A stretch of DNA of 22,090 nucleotides from Candidatus Krumholzibacteriia bacterium (GCA_036478295.1 JAZGDW010000016.1:1-22090), one strand, 5' to 3'. Shown: positions 1 through 10,400, counted from the first letter of the stretch. Program-made: numbers and translations. Notes: generated by a model from the letters alone, not told the origin.

Positions 1-790
1 CCTGGCGAGCCGGGAGAAGAAACCGGAAACCGTGTACAAATCACGGAAGCGCGCGCTTCTTCGGGCTTTTCCGGCGGGAAGGGAAAGAGAGACGGCGTTG
101 TCGCACGTGGATATGCTGCCGGGCCGGTACCTTCTCACCATGAACGCATCCCAGGTGAAGCGTCACCTGAAGCTTGTGGATACATTGGAGAAGCGAAAGT
201 TTGTCGTCGGTTCCAAACGCGGCAAGCGTTCCACGGAATTTACGTTCTGCACCATGGACAAGCCGTTCCGATTGTCGCAGCTTTGCGGCGTGCTGACGCT
301 GAACGACTGCAACATTCTTTTTGCTCATGCGTTCACGAGAATCGACGGAAAGGTGCTCGATATTTTTCGTGTCGAGGACGTGACCGGTACGATGCCCATC
401 GATGACGTGCGGACGGAGAAGATTCGCAACGACCTGGACTCGGTTCTCAGCGGCAAGCTTGCCATCCAGGCCGCGCTCACCGAGCATCTCGCCAAATGGA
501 AGCGGCGCAAAAACGACGTGATACCCGTTCCGCTCGAGGTCGAGTTCGATAACGACACGTCGGCTGATGTCACTATCATCGATATTTTCACGCTGGACCG
601 GCCGGGACTGCTCTTCAAGATAACCCGTGCGTTGTCGGAAGCGGGGCTGACCATTCACCGGGCGAGGATCTCCACGGAGGCCAATCGTGCCATCGACTCG
701 TTCGACGTGCAGGATAAGAGGGGCGAAAAGGTCACGGGGACGCACGGACTTCGGAGCATCCGCCGGCGCCTGGAGGAAGCGCTCCTCTAG
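1..790 (+). CDS. glnD: [Protein-PII] uridylyltransferase/uridylyl-removing enzyme, C-terminal fragment (5'-truncated by window edge)
   Basis: Frame is open from base 2. Two tandem ACT domains typical of the GlnD C-terminus: TEFTFCTMDKPFRLSQLCGVL...NILFAHAFTRIDGKVLDIF and VEFDNDTSADVTIIDIFTLDRPGLLFKITRAL...IHRARISTEANRAIDSFDV. Adjacent to glnE and glnB. Confidence 0.9.
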   Translation, partial: LASREKKPETVYKSRKRALLRAFPAGRERETALSHVDMLPGRYLLTMNASQVKRHLKLVDTLEKRKFVVGSKRGKRSTEFTFCTMDKPFRLSQLCGVLTLNDCNILFAHAFTRIDGKVLDIFRVEDVTGTMPIDDVRTEKIRNDLDSVLSGKLAIQAALTEHLAKWKRRKNDVIPVPLEVEFDNDTSADVTIIDIFTLDRPGLLFKITRALSEAGLTIHRARISTEANRAIDSFDVQDKRGEKVTGTHGLRSIRRRLEEALL

Positions 791-3777
791 GCGAGTCCCT
801 TCAGAAACTCCTCGTAGTGCCCACGGACCGCCGCCTTGTGGACGCGCAGTTCCGTCTCGAGCGCCGTTTTTCCTCTCATGCCCAGAAGTTCCGACGTCAC
901 CTCGAGGAACCGGATTATCTCGTCGCGTTTCGCGGCGTTGGTGGGTGGCGAAAAACCCTGCAGTTCGATCAGGTAGTCTATCCGCGCGTAGAAGGCGAGC
1001 GCGTCCTCGAGCGCGACGAGGGCTCGCCTGGATATGACGTCATCTGCGGCCAGCAGTGCCAGGCGCGCGCCGGTGCCGCCGTCCAGCGGAAAATCCTTGC
1101 CGCGCATGGCCAGCCCGATCGCGCAGAGATATTCGATGTCGTAGCGGCCGCCGGCGGAGCGCTTCGTATCGAGGAGCACCGCGTCCTTCGCGACCAGTCC
1201 TTCCAGTTTGCGGCGTGTCTCGACCAGCGTGGCGAGCCGCTTCGCGTCTGGCGTCGCGACGAGGTGGGGTCGCAGGATCTTGTGAAACTCGCCGACAGCC
1301 GCCTCGTCGCCGCTCCAGTGGGCGCACTTCGCGAACGCCACCGTTTCCCACGGCGACACGCGGCTTGCGAAATAGTGCCTGTAATAATCCACATCCTGGA
1401 CGAGCGGCGCGTTGGCGCCTTCGCCCCGCAGGCGATAGTCCAGTCTTAGAACATTCCCTTCGGACAACGCGCGGTTCACGAGCTGCAGCGCCCGTGTGAC
1501 GGGTTCACGCGATCCCCCCCGGGTAACCACGAGCAGGTCCACGTCGCTGCCGAGCCTTGGTTCACCTACGGCGTACGAGCCCATTGCGAACAGCGCCGCG
1601 CCCTCGGTGCCTCCGACACAATCGAGAGCGGCGGTGAGCAACTGTTTCGCCGATCGCGTCAAGGTTTCCGCAATCTTTGCGGGGAAGGTGCTGGCTTTCA
1701 TATCCTCGAACCACGCCGCTACCACCCTGCGATCGAGCGCGGCCACGACATTGCGGCGGTTCCGTTGTCGGTCGACCTCCTGCCGTTCCTCGAGCAATGC
1801 CTCGATGGGCGCGTCTTCGGTGATGGATGTACTCAGGATGACGGCGGGATCCTCGAACAAGGAATCCAGAATCTCGAAGTTAGCGCACAGTTTGCCGACA
1901 AGAAGGGTCGACGTGCCCGCCAGGTCCCGCAGCAGTGTGCGCGAAGCCGCCGACTCGCGGAGAAAATCGTAGAACGAGCCGACGTTCTTGCTAGCCACCG
2001 CGAGTTTCGAAAAGTTGACCAGCGCCGCGTTGGGATCGGCGGTCGGTGAGAGTTCTTCGAGTAGCGTGGGCAGCAGCTTTTGAAACGCGCCACGCGTGTT
2101 GCGGTCGACTAGGTCCGGGAACGAGCCGTAAGCGAGCGACTGCAGTACCCTTCGCGCCTGCTTGGGATCGCGAAAGTTGAAACCGGAGAGCGTCTCATGC
2201 GCCGCGTCGTCCTCCGGCAGGAGGAGCAGCAGTGCCGCCTCGGGCACGGTGTCCGCGCCGAAAAAGCTGTCGCTCAGCAGGCGGACCTCGTTGAGATGTT
2301 TGGAGAGAGTCGAGAGGAAGGTACGCTGCGTATACTTTCCCAGCGGTCCGTTGGCAACCCGTCGCGCGAGCAGCTGTATTTCCGGCGCCGAACTCGGGAT
2401 CGAGTGTGTCTTGAGCTGGTGCATCATTTGCAGGCGGTGCTCGACCACTCGAAAGAAGCGGTACGCCTTGATCAACGTCTGCTGCTCGATCTTCTTGATG
2501 AGCTTTCGCTTGTACGCCAGGTCAATGCCCTGCAATGTGTTGGTCACCCGGAGCTCCGGGTACTTGTTTCCGTAGAGAAGCTGCAGGGTCTGTATGATAA
2601 ATTCGATGTCGCGGATACCGCCCTCCATCAGCTTGATATTGAACGAGCGGTCCTTTGTCGAGATGTTTTCCCTTATTCGTTGGCGCATAAGGCCGATCGT
2701 CTCGACTGGTGAGTAGGACAACGTGGGATTGAACGCGAGACCTGCCACCCGGCTGAGAAAGGTTTCACCCACGGCCTTCGCGCCCGCGATCACCCGCGCC
2801 TTGAGCAGCGCCTGAAACTCCCACGGGCGCCCGCGGTTCTCGTAGTAAATTCTCATGGCGGTGAGCGAATTCACCAGCGGGCCGGTGGCACCGTCAGGCC
2901 GGAGCCGCAAATCGACGCGGTAGAAATACCCTTCGGCGGTGGCCTCCGAGAGTGTCGAAGTAACCTTTGTCGCTAGCCGGTGATAGAAGTCAAAACTCTG
3001 CTCGTCTACGTCCTCGCAAACGAAGATAAGATCGATGTCCGAACTGTAGTTCAACTCGCGCCCGCCCAGTTTGCCGAGCGCGAGCACGGCCAGACCGGAA
3101 AGCGGCGGGGGAGCCGCCGGTGTCGCCATCTCACTCCACACCATTTCGAGCACACAGTGCACAACGGCAGCGGCCAGGCTGCTGAGGCATGCGGTGGTTT
3201 CCTCAACCGTCTGCAGTCCCAGGAGATCCTTTACCCCTATTTTCAAGAGCATTCTTCTGTGGCATCTCCGGGTGGCGTCGAGCCGGGCGTGGAGCGAATG
3301 GAGCCTGGCTGCGTCCGTCTCGAGTTCCGACAGGTAGGTGGCGGTGGATTCCTGTCTGTCCCAGGTATGCTTCTCGATCAGCCAATAGAGGTACCCTGGG
3401 TTACGGATGATGATGTCCGCCATGTACTGGCTGGAGCCGAAGATCGTCGCCAGGATTTCGCGCATTGGCTTGCCACCGGCCGCGGTGTTCAGAAAAGCGC
3501 TCGAGGTTCCGGAGATATCCAGGAAGCGCAGGAAGTTTATCATCGCACCGGTGGGGGAAGGTGATTCGAGGAGTTCCTTGATGACGCTGGCGAGTGGGGC
3601 GGGAGAAGCATAACCGAATCTCGCCGACATTCCGTGCAGGGCATCGACGAGTTCGGGATCGGCCGGGAACTCCATTGCCGCCAATCGTGCCCCCGTGTTG
3701 CTCGTAGCGGGGTCATGCACGATGTCAGTAACAAGTTTCTGAAGTTCGAGCTGGATGGATTTCGGCTTGCGACCCAT
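787..3777 (-). CDS. glnE: Bifunctional glutamine synthetase adenylyltransferase/adenylyl-removing enzyme (996 aa)
   Basis: Two nucleotidyltransferase repeats. N-terminal: LGKLGGRELNYSSDIDL...RVDLRLRPDGATGPLV...WEFQALLKAR...NIKLMEGGIRDIEF...EHRLQM. C-terminal and divergent: MGSYAVGEPRLGSDVDL...DYRLRGEG...GGRYDIEY. Confidence 0.93.
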   Translation of the reverse strand: MGRKPKSIQLELQKLVTDIVHDPATSNTGARLAAMEFPADPELVDALHGMSARFGYASPAPLASVIKELLESPSPTGAMINFLRFLDISGTSSAFLNTAAGGKPMREILATIFGSSQYMADIIIRNPGYLYWLIEKHTWDRQESTATYLSELETDAARLHSLHARLDATRRCHRRMLLKIGVKDLLGLQTVEETTACLSSLAAAVVHCVLEMVWSEMATPAAPPPLSGLAVLALGKLGGRELNYSSDIDLIFVCEDVDEQSFDFYHRLATKVTSTLSEATAEGYFYRVDLRLRPDGATGPLVNSLTAMRIYYENRGRPWEFQALLKARVIAGAKAVGETFLSRVAGLAFNPTLSYSPVETIGLMRQRIRENISTKDRSFNIKLMEGGIRDIEFIIQTLQLLYGNKYPELRVTNTLQGIDLAYKRKLIKKIEQQTLIKAYRFFRVVEHRLQMMHQLKTHSIPSSAPEIQLLARRVANGPLGKYTQRTFLSTLSKHLNEVRLLSDSFFGADTVPEAALLLLLPEDDAAHETLSGFNFRDPKQARRVLQSLAYGSFPDLVDRNTRGAFQKLLPTLLEELSPTADPNAALVNFSKLAVASKNVGSFYDFLRESAASRTLLRDLAGTSTLLVGKLCANFEILDSLFEDPAVILSTSITEDAPIEALLEERQEVDRQRNRRNVVAALDRRVVAAWFEDMKASTFPAKIAETLTRSAKQLLTAALDCVGGTEGAALFAMGSYAVGEPRLGSDVDLLVVTRGGSREPVTRALQLVNRALSEGNVLRLDYRLRGEGANAPLVQDVDYYRHYFASRVSPWETVAFAKCAHWSGDEAAVGEFHKILRPHLVATPDAKRLATLVETRRKLEGLVAKDAVLLDTKRSAGGRYDIEYLCAIGLAMRGKDFPLDGGTGARLALLAADDVISRRALVALEDALAFYARIDYLIELQGFSPPTNAAKRDEIIRFLEVTSELLGMRGKTALETELRVHKAAVRGHYEEFLKGLA

Positions 3778-3784
3778 ACCGGCA

Positions 3785-3807
3785 ATAGTAGCTTATCAGC
3801 ATTCTTC

Positions 3808-3813
<6 letters not shown>
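3785..3813 (-). promoter_or_regulatory. Putative glnE promoter: -10 TACTAT 7 nt before the ATG (leaderless geometry), weak -35 TGGCAA
   Basis: Minus strand reads TGGCAA-N17-TACTAT-TGCCGGT-ATG. There is no Shine-Dalgarno sequence before the ATG at 3777. Confidence 0.5.
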
Positions 3814-4220
<407 letters not shown>

Positions 4221-4221
4221 T

Positions 4222-5229
4222 TTGAACGTTCTGGGGATAGAAACCTCCTGTGACGACACTTCCCTGGCGCTGTTCTCCACGGAGCGGGGCGTCATCGCCA
4301 ATCTCACGGCCAACCAACTTATCCACGACAAGTACGGTGGCGTGGTACCCGAGTTAGCGTCGCGCGCCCATATCAAGAATCTGCTGCCCGTGTACCGGGC
4401 GCTGCTGGCCGAATCGGGGATGAAGGCGGAAGATCTCGACGGGATTGGGGTCAGCAACGGTCCCGGCCTCATCGGCTCACTGTTGGTCGGTGTCAGTTTC
4501 GCCAAAGCGCTGGCCTACGCGCTCAAGCTTCCGCTGGTGGGCGTTCACCACATAGAGGCCCACATTCACGCGAACGAGCTCGAAGGCGAAACGCTGCAAA
4601 CGCCCGCGGTAGTGCTCGTCGTGTCCGGCGGGCATACGTGCCTGTACCACATTCCGTTGCCCGGGCGTTACGACCTGGTAGGCAACACGCGGGATGACGC
4701 CGCGGGAGAGTCCTTCGACAAGATCGCCAAGCTGCTCGGGCTGGGTTTCCCGGGCGGACCCGCCATCGAAAACGCCGCAAAACAAGGCGACGGCGACGCC
4801 ATCCAGTTTCCGCGAGCGATGATGAAAAAAGATAATCTGGAATTCAGTTTCTCCGGGCTCAAGACGGCGGTCATGCTTCACGTCGAACGCCAGGGTCGTT
4901 TGCAGCCGAAGGCCGTGTCGGACATCGGCGCGTCGGCCCAGCGCGCCATCGTTGATGTTCTTATAGAAAAAACCATGATGTGTGCATCTCGCCACAAGGT
5001 AGACCACATTTACCTCGCCGGCGGCGTGGCGGCAAATCAACTGCTTCGGGAAGAACTTGCCGGATCCTGTGCTGGCAAGGGACTTCATTATCACGCCCCG
5101 TTGCTCCAGTATTGTACCGACAACGGAGCCATGGTTGCCTGCACCGCCGCTGGGTACCTGGACCGCGGGCACGACGACACGCTGCATCTCGACGTGTTCG
5201 CCCGGGGACCGGTTTCTTCCTGGGCGTAG
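4222..5229 (+). CDS. tsaD: tRNA N6-adenosine threonylcarbamoyltransferase (start TTG 4222; in-frame GTGs at 4204 and 4210 are alternatives)
   Basis: VLGIETSCDDT, GGVVPELASRAH, GPGLIGSLLVG, metal-binding HHIEAH, VSGGHT, DDAAGESFDK, FSFSGLKTA, AGGVAAN, CTDNGAM. Confidence 0.96.
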   Translation: MNVLGIETSCDDTSLALFSTERGVIANLTANQLIHDKYGGVVPELASRAHIKNLLPVYRALLAESGMKAEDLDGIGVSNGPGLIGSLLVGVSFAKALAYALKLPLVGVHHIEAHIHANELEGETLQTPAVVLVVSGGHTCLYHIPLPGRYDLVGNTRDDAAGESFDKIAKLLGLGFPGGPAIENAAKQGDGDAIQFPRAMMKKDNLEFSFSGLKTAVMLHVERQGRLQPKAVSDIGASAQRAIVDVLIEKTMMCASRHKVDHIYLAGGVAANQLLREELAGSCAGKGLHYHAPLLQYCTDNGAMVACTAAGYLDRGHDDTLHLDVFARGPVSSWA

Positions 5230-5499
5230 TCGTTCCCCGACCTTCCTCTTTGTTTCCATACGTGCATCCACATCACCGACCGCCGTGCAACCGTCGACGG
5301 GCTGCGGGCGCCGATGCGTAACGGGTTCCACAAACCAGAGTGATGCAAGGACACCCCGCTCGAGCTCTTGTTCTCGGCGCATAATGCATACTTGCAGCGG
5401 CCCTCAAGCGGCCGATTTCAGGATTGCTCCCATGACCGTAATATCCTGTTACTAAATGAGTTCATAAATATTCCAGTTCCCGGTTCAGGCCCCCGCCCC

Positions 5500-5516
5500 T
5501 TGGCATATTTATTGCC
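5500..5516 (+). promoter_or_regulatory. Sigma54 (RpoN) -24/-12 promoter for the signalling operon
   Basis: TTGGCAT-ATTTA-TTGCC matches TGGCAC-N5-TTGC with exact GG/GC spacing. It lies 44 nt before the ATG at 5561, with an AT-rich tract (~5438-5472) upstream where an IHF site would be expected. Confidence 0.7.
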
Positions 5517-5560
5517 AAATTCGATGTAAATAACAGAAATCGCTAAAGGTGGAACAGCGC

Positions 5561-6541
5561 ATGTTAACCCAGGATGTGACGCCGTACAGAATTCTCGTCG
5601 TCGACGACGAGCCGCACATCGTCCAGATTCTCAAGTTCACACTGGAGAAAGCGGGCTATCAGGTCTTCACCGCGAACAACGGTAAGGTGGCCCTCGACCG
5701 CATTCCCGAAATCGCCCCCAATCTCGTCATCCTCGACATCATGATGCCGGTGCTGGACGGCTATGAGGTATGTCGCAGAATGCGAGAAGACTTCAAGATG
5801 AACCAGATTCCCATCATCATGTTGTCCGCCAAAGGAGGCCTGGACGAGCGTGTCAAGGGGTTGACGCAGGGCGCCAACGATTACTTGATCAAGCCCTACT
5901 CGAACGACGAGCTGCTCCTGCGAGTGAAGAACGTTCTCGAGTGGAACATCGCGCAAAAAGAGGCCAACCCGCTGACCGGGCTGCCCGGCAACACGGCGAT
6001 CGAACGTGAACTCAAAATCCGTATCAACCGTAGCCTTCCCTTCGCGTTCCTCTACATCGACATCGACAATTTCAAGGGTCTCAACGATTACTACGGCTAC
6101 CAAAAGGGAGACGAAATAATCAGTTTCCTCGCGGGCATTCTCACAAAGACAATCGAGAAACTCGGTACCAAAGACGATTTCATCGGCCACATCGGTGGTG
6201 ACGATTTCGTGATGGTGACGGATCCAACCCGGGCGGAGTTCCTGGCCAAGCACATCATCGATGAATACGACAAGGGGGCTCTCTTCTTGCTGAGCGAGGA
6301 AGACGTTAAGAGGGGCTATTTCGAAGTGCGCAACCGGCAGGGCGAGATTGCCAGGATATCGCTCATGTCCATCACGGTCGCCCTGGTCGTCAGCACGGAC
6401 AACAGGATCAAGCACTTCGCGGAGATCAATGATATCGCCAGTGGCCTCAAGAAGTACGGCAAGAATATGAAGGGGAGTGTCGTCATCAAAGAGAGGCGGA
6501 TGGACGCCATGCCGAGTCCTCAAAGTGTTGACGAAACCTGA
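5561..6541 (+). CDS. Response-regulator diguanylate cyclase (REC-GGDEF, GGDDF variant); alternative GTG start at 5549
   Basis: REC: ILVVDDE, phospho-Asp LDIMMP (5735-5737), MLSAK, DYLIKP. GGDEF: ANPLTGLPGN, DIDNFKGLNDYYG...GDE, GHIGGDDF (GGDDF at 6194-6208). GGTGG SD-like sequence at 5548-5552. Confidence 0.92.
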   Translation: MLTQDVTPYRILVVDDEPHIVQILKFTLEKAGYQVFTANNGKVALDRIPEIAPNLVILDIMMPVLDGYEVCRRMREDFKMNQIPIIMLSAKGGLDERVKGLTQGANDYLIKPYSNDELLLRVKNVLEWNIAQKEANPLTGLPGNTAIERELKIRINRSLPFAFLYIDIDNFKGLNDYYGYQKGDEIISFLAGILTKTIEKLGTKDDFIGHIGGDDFVMVTDPTRAEFLAKHIIDEYDKGALFLLSEEDVKRGYFEVRNRQGEIARISLMSITVALVVSTDNRIKHFAEINDIASGLKKYGKNMKGSVVIKERRMDAMPSPQSVDET

Positions 6542-6571
6542 TCCAATTGCAGTGGATAACGGAGTGACAAG

Positions 6572-7402
6572 ATGGAAATAGACGTTGGATTGGAAAAAGA
6601 GCAGGCGCTCAAGAGTCTTCTGAACGAAGCAAGGGCCGAGGCGGATGCGCTGAGTCGGCGCGTGGAAAAACTCGAAAAGATCATTCTGTCCACGCGGCTG
6701 CTCATGGGTCACGAGATCAAGAAACCGACGACCGCAATCACGGGATTTCTGGAACTCGCGGTGGAAGAGCTGGATGAAGACGAGCACCGCGACATCGTCG
6801 CATACGTTACCAAAGCACGTAACGCCTGCCAGCTGTTGAACGAGTTGAACTTGTTCTTCATAGAACTACTGGAGGTTGACGTGCGGCCGGGGACGGTCCA
6901 GAGCGGCGAGGTTTCGATCCGGAGATTCGTCGATGAGACCCTGAACCATATCCCCGAACATTTGAACGCAAAAGCCCGCGTAAAAACACGGATTTCACCG
7001 GATGTGCAGAAGTTCAACCTGAACCCAGACGCGTTCAAAGTAATCCTGACCAACCTTCTCGAGAATGCCCTTAGTTACTCGACGGCAGACAAGCCCGTGC
7101 ACATCGAAATCCAGAGGGACCGCGAAAAGCGCGGGGTCGGTGGAGAACACCTGCTGAAGCTCAAAGTTGTCGATCAGGGTGAGGGAATCCCCAAGTCCTT
7201 CATCAAGAAAATATTCTGGCCGTTTGTGAGGCTGCATGACGATGACATCGAAGGAACGGGGCTTGGATTGACGCTGGTGCGAAGCCTGGTCGAACTGAAT
7301 GGTGGCCAGATACATATCCGGAGCAAGAAAGGTGAAGGAACCACAGTGTACGTGACCCTGCCGGAACTCACGGAAAATCCGAAACTCGAGCACAAGTCAT
7401 GA
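6572..7402 (+). CDS. Cytoplasmic histidine kinase without a sensor domain (coiled coil-HisKA-HATPase_c, 276 aa)
   Basis: H-box MGHEIKKPTTAI, N-box ILTNLLENALSY, G1 DQGEGIP, F-box IFWPF, G2 GTGLGLTLV. SD GGAG at 6561-6564. Confidence 0.88.
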   Translation: MEIDVGLEKEQALKSLLNEARAEADALSRRVEKLEKIILSTRLLMGHEIKKPTTAITGFLELAVEELDEDEHRDIVAYVTKARNACQLLNELNLFFIELLEVDVRPGTVQSGEVSIRRFVDETLNHIPEHLNAKARVKTRISPDVQKFNLNPDAFKVILTNLLENALSYSTADKPVHIEIQRDREKRGVGGEHLLKLKVVDQGEGIPKSFIKKIFWPFVRLHDDDIEGTGLGLTLVRSLVELNGGQIHIRSKKGEGTTVYVTLPELTENPKLEHKS

Positions 7403-10400
7403 TCAAACACGCCGGAAGATTTGTCGAAGACACGCACGGCGGTGCCGGGACGATGTCGGAGTTGCTCCATCTGAGAATGGTGGAGTTGTTCTCCTTTTTC
7501 ATAATCGTCTTTGCGACAGGCCGGATCGCCGGGTTCGTGTACGAGTTGGGCGCTTTCCTCCTGCTTTTTGTTTGCGCGACCTTTCTCCAGTTCGTCACCA
7601 GCATAATGTGGAGTTTCACAGGCCGGAGGCTTGGATGGCGCGGTGACCGGATTGACTTGGCGATGCGCTGGTATTCGGGGGTGCTGGACTTCTTCGTCGT
7701 CTTCGGCATCATATATCTCACCGGTTCGATCGAGAGTCCTTTCCTGTTCCTGCTGGTAATACCCCTCTTTTTCGCCAGTCACATCTTTTCTCTCAGGGTG
7801 ACGTTGGGCGTGTTTCTTGCCGGTACCGTGGCCGCCGTGGGTGTGCTGGGATATCTCGAGCTGACGGGAATGGTAGCGCACCATAGCTGCTACGCTTTCG
7901 AAAATAAAGTGTACCTGGATCCCGACTACTACATGGCGTCGTTGCTCGTCCTCGCAGGATTTCTCGGATTGATCGTATTCCTGTCCCACGCATTTCAGAA
8001 TCATTTCCATAGCTCCATCTCGACGCTGCACGAACAGGATCAACAGACACAAGACAAGATCAGCGAACTGGCGAAGCTGTACGACATCAGCCTGGGGATC
8101 AACACAGTAATGACCGTGGAAACGCTGCTCAAGATGGTGGCAAAGGAGGCCACTATTCTCCTGGCACAACCGTGGGCGGCCATCATCCTGTTCAACCAGC
8201 AGCAGGAGATCACACACTCGGCCATCGTCGGCATACCGGAAACGTTTCACTCCAATCTGGGCTCGAAGATGCGAAAAGGCGGGGTCACCGAATGGTTGTG
8301 GAAGAACAATCAACCGGTCGTCGTCGAGGACGTCCTGGCTGACAAGCGGGCCAGCGCCGGGGAGTTCCTGATGGCAACGAAAATCCGGTCACTGATCGGG
8401 CTGCCGTTGAGCACGGGGCACCAGGTGATTGGGGTCATCTACGTCGGCGATTTTGTCACTAAGAGGTTCGAGGATAACCACCTGCGCCTGCTGGCAGTCA
8501 TGAGCGATCAACTGGCTATCGCGATTGCCAAGAGCAAGCTATACGAGTCAATCCAGCGAAAACTCCACATGTACGAACAGAAAGTGGAAACCCTCGAAAG
8601 AACGAACGTTCTCAAATCAGAATACGTATCTCATGCGTCCCACGAACTACGGACGCCCCTGACCTCGATCAAAGCCTACATGGAAACGTTACGCAACCAC
8701 ATTGACGATCCATCTTTCACCGAGAAAAAGGACTTTGTTGAGATCGTGTCCAAAGAAACTGACCGGCTCATTCGCATCGTCAACGACATTCTGGACGTGT
8801 CCAACATCGAGTTCGGACAGAGGGCGCCGAAGCGGGAAGCTTTCCAGATAGAGGATACGATAAAGCAAGTGACCTCGATGATACAGCCGAAGCTGTCCGA
8901 CAAGAACATCACACTCAAAACTGACCTGCCGGGAAACCTGCCAAAGGTCGACGCGGACAAAGATCTCATGACGCAGGTCTTCATTAACCTGATTACCAAC
9001 GCTGTCAAGTATTCGCCGGAGGGGACAACGGTAACCATCACAGCGCGGGAGGATGCCGTTGACGTGATTATATCCATCGAAGACCAGGGCATCGGGATTC
9101 CCCGGGCGCAGGTGGAAAATATCTTCGATAAGTACTTCCGCGTCAAATCGGAGGAGTCGCGTCAGTATGACGGCATTGGACTGGGACTGGCCATCGTCAA
9201 GAATATCATAGAGCAGCACGGCGGCACTATTACAGTAACGAGCAAGGAGCGCGTTGGCAGCAGATTCATTTTTACTATACCCAAAGAACACTGCGTAAAC
9301 GAGTTGCTGGGATACATCTCGGAGGGTGTGAGTTCACAGACCGAACTGCACGAGATGTTGAAGGTCATCGTGCGTATGATTGCGGAACTACTGGGCGCCA
9401 AGATCGTGTCGTTGATGTTACTCGATCAGAACCGCACGGAGCTCTTTATCAAGGTGTCCTACGGGTTGGATGAGTGGATTGTCGACCAGGCCCGCGTGAA
9501 GCTCGGAGAGGGAATAGCGGGCAAGGTGGCTGAGACGGGGCTGCCGCTGCTCATCGACAACATAGAGGAGAACGAATTTTATAACTCACCCAACAATCCG
9601 CAGTACGAAACGATGTCCCTTCTGAGCGTTCCACTGAGGGTCGGAAAAGTCGTTGTGGGGGTCATCAATGTAAACAACAAGACGTCCGGCAAGCCGTTCG
9701 ACCAGGATGACATGAATCTGCTCATGTCGTTCGGGGAAAGGATTGCGAAGGCGTTGGAACGCATGCGGACCGCCGACAAGAGCCAATTGTACCTCGCGGA
9801 TACCGTCGAGGCTTTCAAGAAGATGCTCGCCAAGCAGATCCAGACCCAGGGAATCGAGAAAATCGTGGGTATGGCCGTCAAGGTTTCACGCAGGCTCAAC
9901 CTCAGCGCCAAGGATACCAAGGTTATCCAGTACGTCGCGAGCGTACACGATATCGGCATGACCCGGATCAGCGACGAAATACTGAACAAGACTTTCAACC
10001 TTACGCCGGAAGAACTGGAACAGATCCGATCGCACCCGCAGGTTGGTACGGAACTCATGCGACCCCTGGAGTTCGTCGAACTCGTCAGCAACATCATTCT
10101 CTATCATCACGAGCGTGTGGACGGTTTGGGCTATCCGATCGGGCTAAAAGGGGAGGAAATTCCAATCGGCTCACGCATCTTGGCAGTAATAGACGCGTAC
10201 CAGTCGATAACGGACGATCGTCCGTACCGTGAAAAACAGAGACCAACAGTCGCCACGCAGGAACTGGTAGATTGCGCGGGCAAGCAGTTCGATATCGAGG
10301 TCGTGCGATGCTTCATCGAAGTGCTCAAGGATGAAGGGACACTTTCCGAAGAGAAGGCGAAGGATTTCAAGAAAGCGCTGCGGGCAGCGGTCCCCAGCAC

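Noticed and set aside
5260..5400. TGCA-containing elements as NtrC boxes upstream of the sigma54 motif
   Set aside because: None matches the TGCAC-N7-GTGCA spacing.
6056..6115. Possible Hypr-type GGDEF (3'3'-cGAMP synthase)
   Set aside because: The guanine-specifying Asp (KGDEII, equivalent to PleD D344) is retained, whereas Hypr enzymes have Ser or Thr there.
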